The notes under the pieces are model-generated. The model ran no database searches, was not told where the DNA came from, and saw only the letters and a program-made list of their open reading frames with translations. From Myxococcales bacterium (lineage in GTDB: Bacteria > Myxococcota_A > Polyangia > Polyangiales > DASUME01), in NCBI GenBank assembly GCA_047601445.1, contig JASGJH010000001.1:5457620-5521619 (forward strand): DNA of 64,000 bases, written 5' to 3'. This document shows positions 19,924-29,638 of the stretch, piece by piece. The position numbers and the translations under genes were made by a program. The stretch's first letter is position 1; each line of letters starts with the position of its first letter.

Positions 19924-21855
19924 TCAGAGATTGGTCCAGTCGTGCCCGATGGCGTCGTCGCACGTCTTCTTGTTGGCCGCGTCCACCGAGTAATACACCT
20001 CGGTCACGTGCAGCGTGACCGCGTCGTACTCGCAGGTGCCGTAGGCCGTGTTGTTGGCGGCCTTGACCGGGCAGGGGCGACCCGTATCCCACGTGCGGCC
20101 CGTGCCCACGCAATCCCAGACGTTCGTGCCGGCGCCAGCGCCCTTGTACTGGACGCAGTAGGGCACGTTGTTGGTCACCCAGCGGCAGCTGGCCACGTTG
20201 CTCTGGTTGTCCGCCGGCAGCTGACCGCAGCCGAGGAAGGTAGAGGTTCCCGTCCAGTTGCCCATGCCGGTGGCCGTGCAGGTATGGGTCTGCTCCTGCG
20301 GCGCGCACGCCGCGTCCGGGAAGGCTGCGCCGTAGCGAACCCGAGTCTCGAACTCGCCCACGTAGAGCTTCTTGGCGTCCACCGTGCAGTACGCCTTGCA
20401 CGTGGCCTTGTTGTACGTGCTGGGGCTGCCGCTCCAGACCGACCAGGTGCCGTCGCTGCAGGTGCGCTGCTGATCCTGCGACTTGCAGGTCGCCGGCACC
20501 GCCACTTCGAGGTCCTGGTACACGGTGCGCGACTGCGTGGCGCCGTGATCGCCGCCGTCGCAGTTGTGCTTGCACTCGGCCGCCGTCCAGGCGGGGTGGT
20601 TGCCCACGAAGGGTCCCCAAGTGCCATCGGTGCAGGTGCTGACCTGGATCTCACTCACGCACTGGGCGTTGAATGCCACGCGCGCGTTCTCCCAGCGGGT
20701 CTGCGTCTTGGTGCTGCCACTCGGCACGGTGCCGCCGCCATCCGCCGCGCAAGCGGCAGGGTTCAGCACGGTGCAGCTCGTGAAGGTGAAGGCACCCGTG
20801 TACGGGTCCAAGACGCCGTTGTTGCAGGTCGCCACCTGGCTATCGAGATTGCACTGCTGGCCCGAGGGCACGGTGGCCGTCTGGTAGCGCTTCCAGGTGT
20901 ACTTGGCGCCGTGCGCGAGGGGCGCGCCGCCGTCGGGGTTCGTGCAGGTCTTCTGGCCGTAGGGCGCGCAGGAAGCCTTGGTGAAGAGCGCGGCGCCGCC
21001 GGCAGCGGTCCACGCACTCCAGGTGCCATCATTGCAGGTGCTCGACTGCTCCTGCGACGCGCACGGGGTGTTCTGCGTGGCTTCTTCGGTCTCCCACAAG
21101 GTCTGCTTGCGGACCGTGCCGTCCGGCTGTCCGTCGCAGCTCTTCTTCGTCAGCTTCTCGCAGGTCTCGAAGGTGTAAGCGGTACCGGACCACCCGCTCC
21201 AGGTGCCGTCGTTGCAGGTCCGACTCGCGGTCTGCTTCTGACACTCCTGGTCGGGCTGCACGGTGGCCGCGGCGTAGCGATCCTGGGTCTGCACGGTGCC
21301 GTGGGGCTGGCCATCACAGGCATCGAAGGTCAGCGGACACTGCGGGAACAAGTAGGTACCCGACCAGTCACCCCATACGCCGCCGGTGCAAGTGCGCGTC
21401 TGGGTCTCCTTCAAGCACTCGCCTTCCACGCCGGCGTCGGTCTGCGTGATCACGCCGTCCCACATCTCGCGGGACTGGCTGGTGCCCTCTTCACTGCAGG
21501 GCTCGGGGGTGTTCCCACCGGCGTCGCCCGGCTCATCGCAGGAGATCACACGGTAGGTGCCGCTCCAGTCGGACCAGGTGCCGTCCTCGAGGCAGGTGCG
21601 CGTCTGGGTCTCCTCCATGCAGGTCTGGCCCGCCGCAGGCGCCGCTTCCTTGTAGCGCGTGCGCGAGTCCTCGGTGCCCACCTCGTCGCCGTCGCAATCG
21701 ACCCCGTCGGTGGAGCCGTCGATGCCCGCGTCGTCGTCGCCGAACGGCGGGAGCTCGATGCCGGGGAACTTCGGCGTGATGGAATCGGTGCTGCACGCGG
21801 CGAGCGTGAGTCCGAGTGCGGCGAGCGTCGGCCAAAGAACTGAGCGGGCGTGCAT
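19924..21855 (-). CDS. Lipoprotein with eight tandem ~45-aa Cys-rich repeats (C-x-TQTRTC-x-DGTWS-x-WSGT...C)
   Basis: Lipobox LTLAAC. Repeats include ETQTRTCLEDGTWSDWSGTY, ETQTRTCTGGVWGDWSGTY, QTASRTCNDGTWSGWSGTA and DQQRTCSDGTWSVWSGSP. Confidence 0.7.
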   Translation of the reverse strand: MHARSVLWPTLAALGLTLAACSTDSITPKFPGIELPPFGDDDAGIDGSTDGVDCDGDEVGTEDSRTRYKEAAPAAGQTCMEETQTRTCLEDGTWSDWSGTYRVISCDEPGDAGGNTPEPCSEEGTSQSREMWDGVITQTDAGVEGECLKETQTRTCTGGVWGDWSGTYLFPQCPLTFDACDGQPHGTVQTQDRYAAATVQPDQECQKQTASRTCNDGTWSGWSGTAYTFETCEKLTKKSCDGQPDGTVRKQTLWETEEATQNTPCASQEQSSTCNDGTWSAWTAAGGAALFTKASCAPYGQKTCTNPDGGAPLAHGAKYTWKRYQTATVPSGQQCNLDSQVATCNNGVLDPYTGAFTFTSCTVLNPAACAADGGGTVPSGSTKTQTRWENARVAFNAQCVSEIQVSTCTDGTWGPFVGNHPAWTAAECKHNCDGGDHGATQSRTVYQDLEVAVPATCKSQDQQRTCSDGTWSVWSGSPSTYNKATCKAYCTVDAKKLYVGEFETRVRYGAAFPDAACAPQEQTHTCTATGMGNWTGTSTFLGCGQLPADNQSNVASCRWVTNNVPYCVQYKGAGAGTNVWDCVGTGRTWDTGRPCPVKAANNTAYGTCEYDAVTLHVTEVYYSVDAANKKTCDDAIGHDWTNL

Positions 21856-22170
21856 AAGCTACCTTGCTGGCTGTGGGGACTGGCTAGTGGGGGACCGCGT
21901 TGAGATGTGGCGCACACTGCCCCAGCTCACGGGTGAGGGGCCTTCAGTAACACGGCTCTGGGCCGAGAGACCACAGGGTATGTGCTGGATCTGGGCCAGA
22001 TCGACGGCGCCCGTGCGCTCGGAGGTCAATTCGGCGGTCAACTGGGCAAATCTCGGTCCGGGTTTGTTCGACTGTTCACGGACCCTACGACCGGGGTGAT
22101 GAACGCAAAAAGCGCGAGGCCGCCCCGTGAAGAGCGGCCTCGCGCTGGAGAGCCCCGTGGTGTCGTCGGC

Positions 22171-24159
22171 TCAGGTGGGGTTGTCGTAGTAGCCGTTCGG
22201 CGCGCAGAAGGGCACCGAATAGTCCACGTCGCAGACCCAGCCCTCGTGCATGAACACGCAGTCACCCGACGCGCAGTCGTCGCCACCCTTGGCCGGGTCG
22301 CAGGTCTCACCGGTGTGCAGGTACTTCGTGCAGGTGCCTGTCTGAGGCGTGGGGCCGTCAGCGCAGTAGGAACCTTCAGCGCAGCGGAAACCGTTGGGGT
22401 TCGTCTGATCGCAGGTGGCGCCGTCGGCGAGCGGCGCCGCGCACGCGTAAGAGGTTGCGGTTTTCTGACACCAGTTGCTCTTGCACCAGGCGTGCACGCC
22501 GGCGCAGTAAGTGCCGTCGGGCAGGTCGACGAGCTGGCTCTGGGTCTCGTTGAGCTGGAAGCACTTGCCTGCGCTGGCCCCGTCGGACGGCCAACAGTAG
22601 AGGCCGATGTCGCAGTTCGAGAACCCGTTGGGCGTAGTGCACGGGTTGTTCAGCGCCACCGCGCCCGCCGTGCAAGTGCCAGCGCTGCACCACTGACCGG
22701 CCGGACACTCGTGGTTGCTCCCGGTCGGACAAAGCGCGCCCGCGGCTACCTTCGGAGCGCACTTCGAATTGCCGTCGCAGAAGCCCGACTGGCAGCTGTT
22801 GTCGCGCACGTAGTCGCTGCAGTCGTTACCGCTCGCGATCAACGGCTCGCAGTAGTAGCCGTCATCAGTGACCTCGCAGAAGCTCCCCTGCGGGCACTTG
22901 TCACAGTCGGGACCCACGCAACCGTATTCACAATACGCCGAGCACTTCTTGTCCGTGGCGCAGTGCCCACTCGAACAGTCGCTGCTGTCGTCGCAGGCCG
23001 CGCCCAGGTCGCCCGGCACGCACAGGCCCACGAACGTGTCGTTGCTCTCACTGAAGTCCTGTAGCTCAGGGCTCGCCTTGTTGCTGCACACCTCGCCCGC
23101 CGGGCACATCGAGTTCGAGTAGCAATACGCCCCCTGGGCGCAGTCGGACTTGGTGCACGTCTTGCTCACGGCGTTGCAGGTGAAGCCCACTTCGCAGTCG
23201 ATGGACGTGCTGCTACCCCAGTCCCGCAGGTAGGTGGATCGGTCGATCGGCGGAGCGATGTTCTTGAAGGTGGGGTCCAACAGGGCGCACGGCTCGCCCT
23301 CCTTGGCGCGCGTCTTACAGGTGCCCGCGGTGAAGTCGCAGTAGAGCTCGTCGCAGTCCGACTGCTGCGTGCAGCGGTCGCCCACCGCAGCCTTGGCTCC
23401 GCAGGTGCCCGACTGACCATTCTGATCGTAGGGATCCCCGCGGCAGATCAGGCCGTCCCCGCACTCGTCGAAGTAGAGGTTGGGCTCGCAGGTGTCGCCG
23501 TCGCGCTCCTGACCCTTGAGCAGCTTGGAGAGCGAACACGGATCGGCAGGCTGGGGCAGCGCGGTACAGCTCTCCGCTTGCTGTAGGTCGCGCGGACACA
23601 CCTCGGCGCCGATGAACGTGGCACAGGCAGTCACTGCCGTGTCGTCGATCTTCACCAGAATATCGGTGTCGTTGAGCGCGTGCGCGGCGCGCACGATGGT
23701 CTCGAGATATTGCCCGACGCGGCCTCCTAGATCGGACACCTGGGCGTTGTTGATCAGATCCTTGAAGGTGGCCTTGCACTCGTCGGCGTTCTTCACGCTC
23801 GGCCCGTAGAGATAGGAGAGCTCTCCCGTGGTGCAGCAGTTGGCCTCTTTGTCGCACAGCGCGTCGATGACGGGCTGCAAGCCCGAGCTCACCAGCGAGA
23901 TGCCATCCGGAATGCACAGCTCCCCCGTGCTGCACGAGCCCGGCACCTTGGGGGTCTCGAGCACGTCGGTGCGCATATCGAGGCCGTTCAGCTGCGTGTT
24001 CAGATTCCCGATCTGATCGCGCAGCTCCTTGACCTGATCACTGAAGTTTTGCGTGCCAGCGTCCGCGTCTCCTCCCTGGTCGTCGTCGTCAGAGCCGCCG
24101 CAGGCCGCAAGTCCCAACACCAGGCAGATCCCCGCTGCCCTCCACCCTTCACGAATCAT
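22171..24159 (-). CDS. Large Cys-rich lipoprotein (extracellular, EGF/disintegrin-like Cys spacing)
   Basis: Lipobox LGLAACGG after MIREGWRAAGICLV. About 60 Cys with many CxxGxxC and DxxxC patterns. Same strand as the repeat lipoprotein, immediately downstream of it. Confidence 0.65.
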   Translation of the reverse strand: MIREGWRAAGICLVLGLAACGGSDDDDQGGDADAGTQNFSDQVKELRDQIGNLNTQLNGLDMRTDVLETPKVPGSCSTGELCIPDGISLVSSGLQPVIDALCDKEANCCTTGELSYLYGPSVKNADECKATFKDLINNAQVSDLGGRVGQYLETIVRAAHALNDTDILVKIDDTAVTACATFIGAEVCPRDLQQAESCTALPQPADPCSLSKLLKGQERDGDTCEPNLYFDECGDGLICRGDPYDQNGQSGTCGAKAAVGDRCTQQSDCDELYCDFTAGTCKTRAKEGEPCALLDPTFKNIAPPIDRSTYLRDWGSSTSIDCEVGFTCNAVSKTCTKSDCAQGAYCYSNSMCPAGEVCSNKASPELQDFSESNDTFVGLCVPGDLGAACDDSSDCSSGHCATDKKCSAYCEYGCVGPDCDKCPQGSFCEVTDDGYYCEPLIASGNDCSDYVRDNSCQSGFCDGNSKCAPKVAAGALCPTGSNHECPAGQWCSAGTCTAGAVALNNPCTTPNGFSNCDIGLYCWPSDGASAGKCFQLNETQSQLVDLPDGTYCAGVHAWCKSNWCQKTATSYACAAPLADGATCDQTNPNGFRCAEGSYCADGPTPQTGTCTKYLHTGETCDPAKGGDDCASGDCVFMHEGWVCDVDYSVPFCAPNGYYDNPT

Positions 24160-24434
24160 TCGTCGTGTCCCTCTCGAGAGGCCACACCCGCGCGCCGTCA
24201 CGCCGCACGCTGACGGTGGACACCCCCCGGTGCGGTTAAGGCTAACGGGGACGCCGCTTCGAATTCACCTCTAAAAATGGGAACTTGGGACAAGGCTCTG
24301 CGGGCCCCACGGACTCGGCGACGTAGCTCACCAAAACCTGCGGCTGCGAGTTCGGGCGTCCTGCCGAGAGGTGGGCGATGTGAGGCCGCCTCGAGGAGCG
24401 AAGAGAGCGTCTGCCCGCGCGCTAGCATGGGCCC

Positions 24435-25100
24435 ATGGCCACGAGCTTCGAGGATCTAGGCGAATCAACCAGCATGGCGGCGCTGAAATCGCGCTTCGCG
24501 GAGTGCCCCTGGTGGGACAACTTTCGGGAGGCCGAGTCGCTCAATGACGAAGCGCCTCGGGTACGCCTGATCGAGGGCCCGCTCGAGCTCGACGGTGACT
24601 TGCACACCGGGTCCGACCCGTGGGCGGTCATCGTGGATGGCTCGCTGACCCTGAGCGGCACCCTCGAGTGCTACACGGAGGATGCGCGCACCAGCACCTT
24701 GATCGTCACCGGACCCGTGCGTGCGGCGAATCTCTTCTTTGCCAGCGCGGCTCAGGTGTGGGTCGGGTCCCTCGAGCTCTCCGGCTTCGTGATCGGCACC
24801 TGGGGCGACAGCGGTGCGTGGCTGAGTTCAGCAGGACCGCTCATCGCGCGCGGAGTCCTGCTCGACTCTCACACGGCCGCATACGGACACCCCACCCAGG
24901 CCATCGTGCTCGCCGGCCGCGGCTGGCAAAACCTGGTCCCCGACATCGCCGACGGCGAAAACGCGCTCTTCGTGCCCGAGGTGCGGGATCGCGGAGGCCC
25001 GTTCTTGAACTTTCACGCGGCACGCGACGCTGCGAAATCCGGCCGGCCCGTCTTCGATGTGGCGCAGGAAGCCTCGCTACGCGGGCGCAAGGGACTCTAG
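24435..25100 (+). CDS. Hypothetical protein (possible beta-helical fold)
   Basis: ORF of 221 aa with coding-like composition. Divergent from the lipoprotein pair. No recognisable motif. Confidence 0.4.
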   Translation: MATSFEDLGESTSMAALKSRFAECPWWDNFREAESLNDEAPRVRLIEGPLELDGDLHTGSDPWAVIVDGSLTLSGTLECYTEDARTSTLIVTGPVRAANLFFASAAQVWVGSLELSGFVIGTWGDSGAWLSSAGPLIARGVLLDSHTAAYGHPTQAIVLAGRGWQNLVPDIADGENALFVPEVRDRGGPFLNFHAARDAAKSGRPVFDVAQEASLRGRKGL

Positions 25101-25519
25101 TTGGGGGGTTGCGCTTCGCGCTGACGATCTGAATCGAGGTCGCACTCCCGCACGGACACTGGGATCCGAGCAGCGGAGCTTGCCCGCGCGTGTGCCAACT
25201 CACCGTGCGACCGTGTCGATCTGAGCGTTGTGCAGACAGCTCAAGCTCGTGTCAGGTTAAGTCAGACATCGCGTTAGGGATGGGTGCCCGCCGAAGCGCG
25301 GCGAAGAGTCGCTGCGCCAGTGAGTTCGCTGGCGACCCGGAACGCGTAGAACCTCGTGGAGTCAAGCGTCCCGCCAGAGCGCAGGTCGCATCCGCCACCT
25401 CTATTCGACCCTTCTTCGATCGCACAGGCGAGCGCTCGCACGGTCTGGCCAGGCAGTGCGACGGTGCGTCGTTTTGTGCCGCGATCTTTCTTGATCAACC
25501 AGAAACAGTGGAGAGGCAC

Positions 25520-26572
25520 ATGATCAAAGCGAAACCGAGAAACCACCGAAAATCGACGAGCTGCCTAGTCAGCGGGGCGGCCGCCATGGCGATGCTCCTC
25601 AGCAGCGCCCAGCACGCATCCGCCCTGGAAGACAACATCTGCATCCAGACGAACTGGGCGAGCCACGGCAACAGTCAGAACCTTACTTGCACGGCCAATG
25701 ACGTGCGGGTTGCCGAGGCCTTCAACATCTGTGTGCCCGATGCCACACAGCCATCCGGCCAGTGCTGCCAGTCGGACGGCTGCCAGCCGACTTGCATCCA
25801 GGGCACGCAGTTCACCTTTACCGCGGACTTCAGGGTCGACCTGACCGCACAAACTCGCTACGACGTCGGCATCTACTTCGCGACCGACGGCGGTGGCAGC
25901 GACGGTGCGCTCACCGGGGCGTGCGAACTCAACACCATCGATCCCGCGAACGGACAGAACTTCACCAACCAGGATCGCCCGCCGGATGTCTGCGGCGACA
26001 TCGTGAACACTTCCGCCTTCAATCCTCAGATCGTGCACCTCGAGGTTGGCGCTACGTGCCAGGGAACCGCGGCGAACCCCGAGCAGGTGAACCTGCCGAA
26101 CTGCACGAGCTGGCGACAGTCGGGCGCTAACGAGGTCTGCGATGAGGCGCGCGATGCCTTCCCGGGCTCGCCCTCCAAGTGTAACTGCCAGCCGAACTTC
26201 GCGATCGACATCTTCGTCGAGCCGCCGGACGCGGCGGTGGTCAAGACCGCCAAGTCGGCCTGCGTCACCTTCGAAGTCAAAGTGAGTAACCCGACGCAGA
26301 CCAAAACCTTGAGCCTGAACTCGCTCATCGACGCGCCGTACGGCGACATCACCAACGCTGCGAACCCGAACCTGTGCAGCACGACCTGCGGCGGTCTTCC
26401 CCGCACGCTCGCGCCGGGCGCGGACTACACCTGCACCTTCGCGGCGCGCGTAGCGAGCTTGGCCACCGTGCAGACCGACACGGTCACCGCGACGCTGACG
26501 AGCGATGGCCAGAACATCCAGCGCAGTGGTAGCGAACGGGTGCTGATCGATCTGGACCCGCCCAGCAATTAG
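25520..26572 (+). CDS. Secreted Cys-containing hypothetical protein
   Basis: ATG at 25520 preceded by GGAGAGG. Signal peptide MIKAKPRNHRKSTSCLVSGAAAMAMLLSSAQHASA. 12 Cys in the mature part. Confidence 0.55.
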   Translation: MIKAKPRNHRKSTSCLVSGAAAMAMLLSSAQHASALEDNICIQTNWASHGNSQNLTCTANDVRVAEAFNICVPDATQPSGQCCQSDGCQPTCIQGTQFTFTADFRVDLTAQTRYDVGIYFATDGGGSDGALTGACELNTIDPANGQNFTNQDRPPDVCGDIVNTSAFNPQIVHLEVGATCQGTAANPEQVNLPNCTSWRQSGANEVCDEARDAFPGSPSKCNCQPNFAIDIFVEPPDAAVVKTAKSACVTFEVKVSNPTQTKTLSLNSLIDAPYGDITNAANPNLCSTTCGGLPRTLAPGADYTCTFAARVASLATVQTDTVTATLTSDGQNIQRSGSERVLIDLDPPSN

Positions 26573-26606
26573 CGAGAAGGAGAGGGGAGAGCGGGCACGG
26601 GCACGT

Positions 26607-28211
26607 TTACGGGGAGTTCTCTCGGGCCTGAATCCGTTCGTAGGAGAGCCCGAACCGTGCGAGGTACTTCCGCAAGCGGTCAGCATCGTTGCTGCTGTTC
26701 TTCTTCGCCCGCGAGGCCGCGAACAGTTTACGCCCGGCATCGCTCAGGGACTTCGACTCGCGACATACCCGCACCACCACGGCGAGCTGCGCTTGGTCGA
26801 ACAGATCGATCTGCTCCAGGGCTTCCGCATCCAGGTACGCGCTCAGTGCAGGCTCGGGTGTGCTCGCCACCGGTCCCCAGCTGAATCGCAGGCGCTCGAT
26901 CTCTCCGCGCACCGTGGCCACGTCGATGCGTCCGCCGGAGGCCAGCGTGGCCATACGGGTCACGGCGGCACGGAAGTCTCGAAAATTACCCAGCCAGCGC
27001 GCATCACGCGAGCGCGCGAACTCCAGGAACAGCGCGCGTGCTTCACGGTTCATGGTGACGCGCCGGTGCTGCTCGGTGTCCCAGTGCTCGAGCTCGTAGT
27101 CGAGGTTGGGCTCGATGTCCTCGAGCCGCTCCGAGAGCCCCGGCAGTTCGAACGTCCACAAGTTGATGCGCGCCAGCAAGTCCTCGCGAAATGCCCCGTC
27201 GCGCGAGGTGAGCTTGCGGTTGGTGCCAGCTAGCAGCTGAAATTCACTGGTCACCGTGCGGTCGCTGCCCACGGGCATGAACTTCCGCTCCTCCAAGGCG
27301 CGCAGCAACATGGCCTGTTCGTCGCTGCCGAGCTCCCCGATCTCGTCCAGGAAGAGCACGCCGCCGTGGGCCGCACGCAACAGGCCCGCGCGGTCGGTGG
27401 CGGCACCGGTATAGGCCCCCTTCACGTGACCGAACAGTGCGCTCATGGCGCCGTCGCCGCGGAGAGTGGCGCAGTTGACCTCCACGAAGGGACCCCTCAC
27501 CTGCTGCCGATCACGCTTGAGCTCGTACACCCTGCGGGCGAGCTGCGACTTGCCAGCGCCCGTGGGCCCCATCAAGAGAATGGGCTCGCGCGAGCGCGTG
27601 GCCACCAGCTCGAGCTGCTCGATCAGGCGATTGAAGGCGGCGTTCTTGGTGTCGATGCCCGCCTTGAGGAAGCTGATGCTGTCTTGTTTCTCGGCCTCGA
27701 AGCGACGCGCGATGCTGTCGTACCGACTCAGATCGAGATCGATGATGCCGTACTTGCCCGGCTCGGAACGCTGACGCGCGGGCGGGGGCGAGGCTTGCAG
27801 CAAGCGACCCGGAATGTGGCGCGACTCGGTGAGCAAGAACCAGCAGATCTGCGCCACGTGGGTGCCCGTGGTGATGTGCACCAGGTACTCCTCGCGGTCG
27901 GGCGCGAAGGGGTAGCTGCGGGCCCAGCTCGAGAGCGCCGCGTAGACCTCCTCGAAGTCCCAGGGATCCTTGAGCGACAGGCCGTGGTGTCGGACCTCGG
28001 TGTGAGGGGACACGCTCACCATGTCCCGGGCCACCAGCTCCGCGAGCGCATGGTTCTCCGGATCGCAGAGCAGCTCGAAGCGCTCGATCAACAGGTCCTC
28101 GTGGCGGCACAGGTCCACGTTCGGCCGCCAGCGCTCCCAACGCTGCTCGCGCATGCCGCCGTCGAGCACGCTGCCCAGGATGCCGATCACCACCGTCTTC
28201 AGCTTGGCCAC
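26607..28211 (-). CDS. rtcR: RtcR, sigma54-dependent transcriptional activator with N-terminal CARF domain
   Basis: Near-collinear with E. coli RtcR: MAKLKTVVIGILGSVLDGG...QRWERWRP (CARF), GPTGAGKSQLARR / GAFTGA (AAA+ sigma54 interaction), and C-terminal DADRLRKYLARFGL. Divergent from rtcBA. Confidence 0.93.
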   Translation of the reverse strand: MAKLKTVVIGILGSVLDGGMREQRWERWRPNVDLCRHEDLLIERFELLCDPENHALAELVARDMVSVSPHTEVRHHGLSLKDPWDFEEVYAALSSWARSYPFAPDREEYLVHITTGTHVAQICWFLLTESRHIPGRLLQASPPPARQRSEPGKYGIIDLDLSRYDSIARRFEAEKQDSISFLKAGIDTKNAAFNRLIEQLELVATRSREPILLMGPTGAGKSQLARRVYELKRDRQQVRGPFVEVNCATLRGDGAMSALFGHVKGAYTGAATDRAGLLRAAHGGVLFLDEIGELGSDEQAMLLRALEERKFMPVGSDRTVTSEFQLLAGTNRKLTSRDGAFREDLLARINLWTFELPGLSERLEDIEPNLDYELEHWDTEQHRRVTMNREARALFLEFARSRDARWLGNFRDFRAAVTRMATLASGGRIDVATVRGEIERLRFSWGPVASTPEPALSAYLDAEALEQIDLFDQAQLAVVVRVCRESKSLSDAGRKLFAASRAKKNSSNDADRLRKYLARFGLSYERIQARENSP

Positions 28212-28250
28212 CGATATTTATCTTATACGATAATTTTATCCGTGCCTCTC
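28212..28250. promoter_or_regulatory. AT-rich tract (possible IHF/UAS region of the rtcR-rtcBA divergent control region)
   Basis: ccgatatttatcttatacgataattttatcc sits in an otherwise ~70% GC region, about 110-140 bp upstream of the predicted sigma54 promoter. Confidence 0.3.
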
Positions 28251-28350
28251 GAGATTGAGCCACCGTCAGTGCCCCGGCGCTTCCAGCATCTCGCGGAATA
28301 GCCACATCTATCCGAGTACTTAGAGCTCTGGTCGTCATCGCCCACCCGGA

Positions 28351-28366
28351 CGGCACGCGGGCTGCT
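28351..28366 (+). promoter_or_regulatory. sigma54 (-24/-12) promoter of rtcBA
   Basis: cGGCACGcgggcTGCt matches TGGCAC-N5-TTGCW with the GG and GC 10 nt apart. It lies 36 bp upstream of the rtcB ATG, and GGAG sits 7 nt before the start. Confidence 0.7.
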
Positions 28367-28401
28367 CTAGCAAGGGTCAGAATCAACTTCTGGAGTTCCC
28401 G

Positions 28402-29637
28402 ATGACCCGCGAGCACAACTACGACTTCCTCCCCACGCCCTCAGGCCTGCCCATCAAGAGCTGGACGCGCGGGGTGCCGGTGGAAGCTCCGGCGCTCAAG
28501 CAGCTGCAGAACATGGCGAGCTTGCCCTTCATCTACAAGTGGCTGGCCGTGATGCCCGACGTGCACCTCGGGAAGGGCGCCACCGTGGGCAGCGTGGTGC
28601 CTACCCACAAGGCGATCATCCCGGCGGCCGTGGGCGTGGATATCGGCTGCGGCATGATGGCCGTGCAAACATCGCTCAACGCCCGCGATCTGCCGGACTC
28701 GTTGCGCGACGTGCGCTCCGCCATCGAGCGCGCGGTGCCCCATGGCCGCGAGGTGACGCGTGGTGGACGCGACAAGGGCTCCTGGGGAAACCCGCCCGAG
28801 GCGCAGATCCAGGCCTGGAAGGGCTCGCTCGTGGAGCGCTTCGACGTCATCACCGCCAAGCACCCGGCGATCAAGAACTCGAACCACGTGGTGCACCTCG
28901 GCACGCTGGGTACCGGAAACCACTTCATTGAGCTGTGTCTCGACGAGTCCGATCAGGTGTGGGTGATGTTGCACTCGGGATCGCGCGGCGTGGGAAACCG
29001 GATTGGGAGCTACTTCATCGAGCTCGCCAAGAAGGAGATGGGTCGCTTCTTCGTGAACTTGCCGGACCGGGATCTGGCGTATCTGCCCGAGGGAAGCCAG
29101 CACTTCGAGGACTATGTGGAGGCCGTACAATGGGCGCAGGACTTCGCGATGCAGAACCGCCGCTTGATGATGAGTCAGGTGCTCGGCGCGCTGCGCGGAC
29201 TCGGGAGCTTGCCCGAGTTCACCACAGATCGCCTAGCGGTGAACTGCCACCACAACTACGTGGCGCGTGAGACGCACTATGGAGAAGAGGTGTTGGTGAC
29301 CCGCAAGGGCGCGGTGCGTGCGGGCGTGGGGGATCTCGGGATCATCCCGGGCAGCATGGGAGCGCGTTCGTTCATCGTGCGCGGCAAGGGAAATCCTGAG
29401 AGCTTCTGCAGCTGCAGCCACGGGGCGGGGCGCGTGATGTCGCGCACCGAGGCCAAGAAGCGCTTCACCACGGAGGACCACGTGCGGGCCACCGAGGGCA
29501 TCGAGTGCCGCAAGGACGCGGACGTGATCGACGAGACGCCGATGGCCTACAAGGACATCGACGCGGTGATGGAAGCGCAAAAGGATCTGGTGGAGGTCGC
29601 GCACACGCTGCGTCAAGTGGTGTGCGTGAAGGGTTGA
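28402..29637 (+). CDS. rtcB: RNA-splicing ligase RtcB (3'-phosphate/5'-OH RNA ligase)
   Basis: Full-length match to RtcB: WLAVMPDVHLGKGATVGSV, AAVGVDIGCGM, LGTGNHFIELC, HSGSRGVGN, NCHHNY, SCSHGAGR, MAYKDIDAVM. Confidence 0.96.
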   Translation: MTREHNYDFLPTPSGLPIKSWTRGVPVEAPALKQLQNMASLPFIYKWLAVMPDVHLGKGATVGSVVPTHKAIIPAAVGVDIGCGMMAVQTSLNARDLPDSLRDVRSAIERAVPHGREVTRGGRDKGSWGNPPEAQIQAWKGSLVERFDVITAKHPAIKNSNHVVHLGTLGTGNHFIELCLDESDQVWVMLHSGSRGVGNRIGSYFIELAKKEMGRFFVNLPDRDLAYLPEGSQHFEDYVEAVQWAQDFAMQNRRLMMSQVLGALRGLGSLPEFTTDRLAVNCHHNYVARETHYGEEVLVTRKGAVRAGVGDLGIIPGSMGARSFIVRGKGNPESFCSCSHGAGRVMSRTEAKKRFTTEDHVRATEGIECRKDADVIDETPMAYKDIDAVMEAQKDLVEVAHTLRQVVCVKG

Positions 29638-29638
29638 A

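Noticed and set aside
19942-21843. 633-aa plus ORF
   Set aside because: Antisense to the repeat lipoprotein. The repeats, lipobox and Cys periodicity are only in the minus frame.
27366-28301. 311-aa plus ORF
   Set aside because: Antisense to rtcR, whose identity is near-certain.
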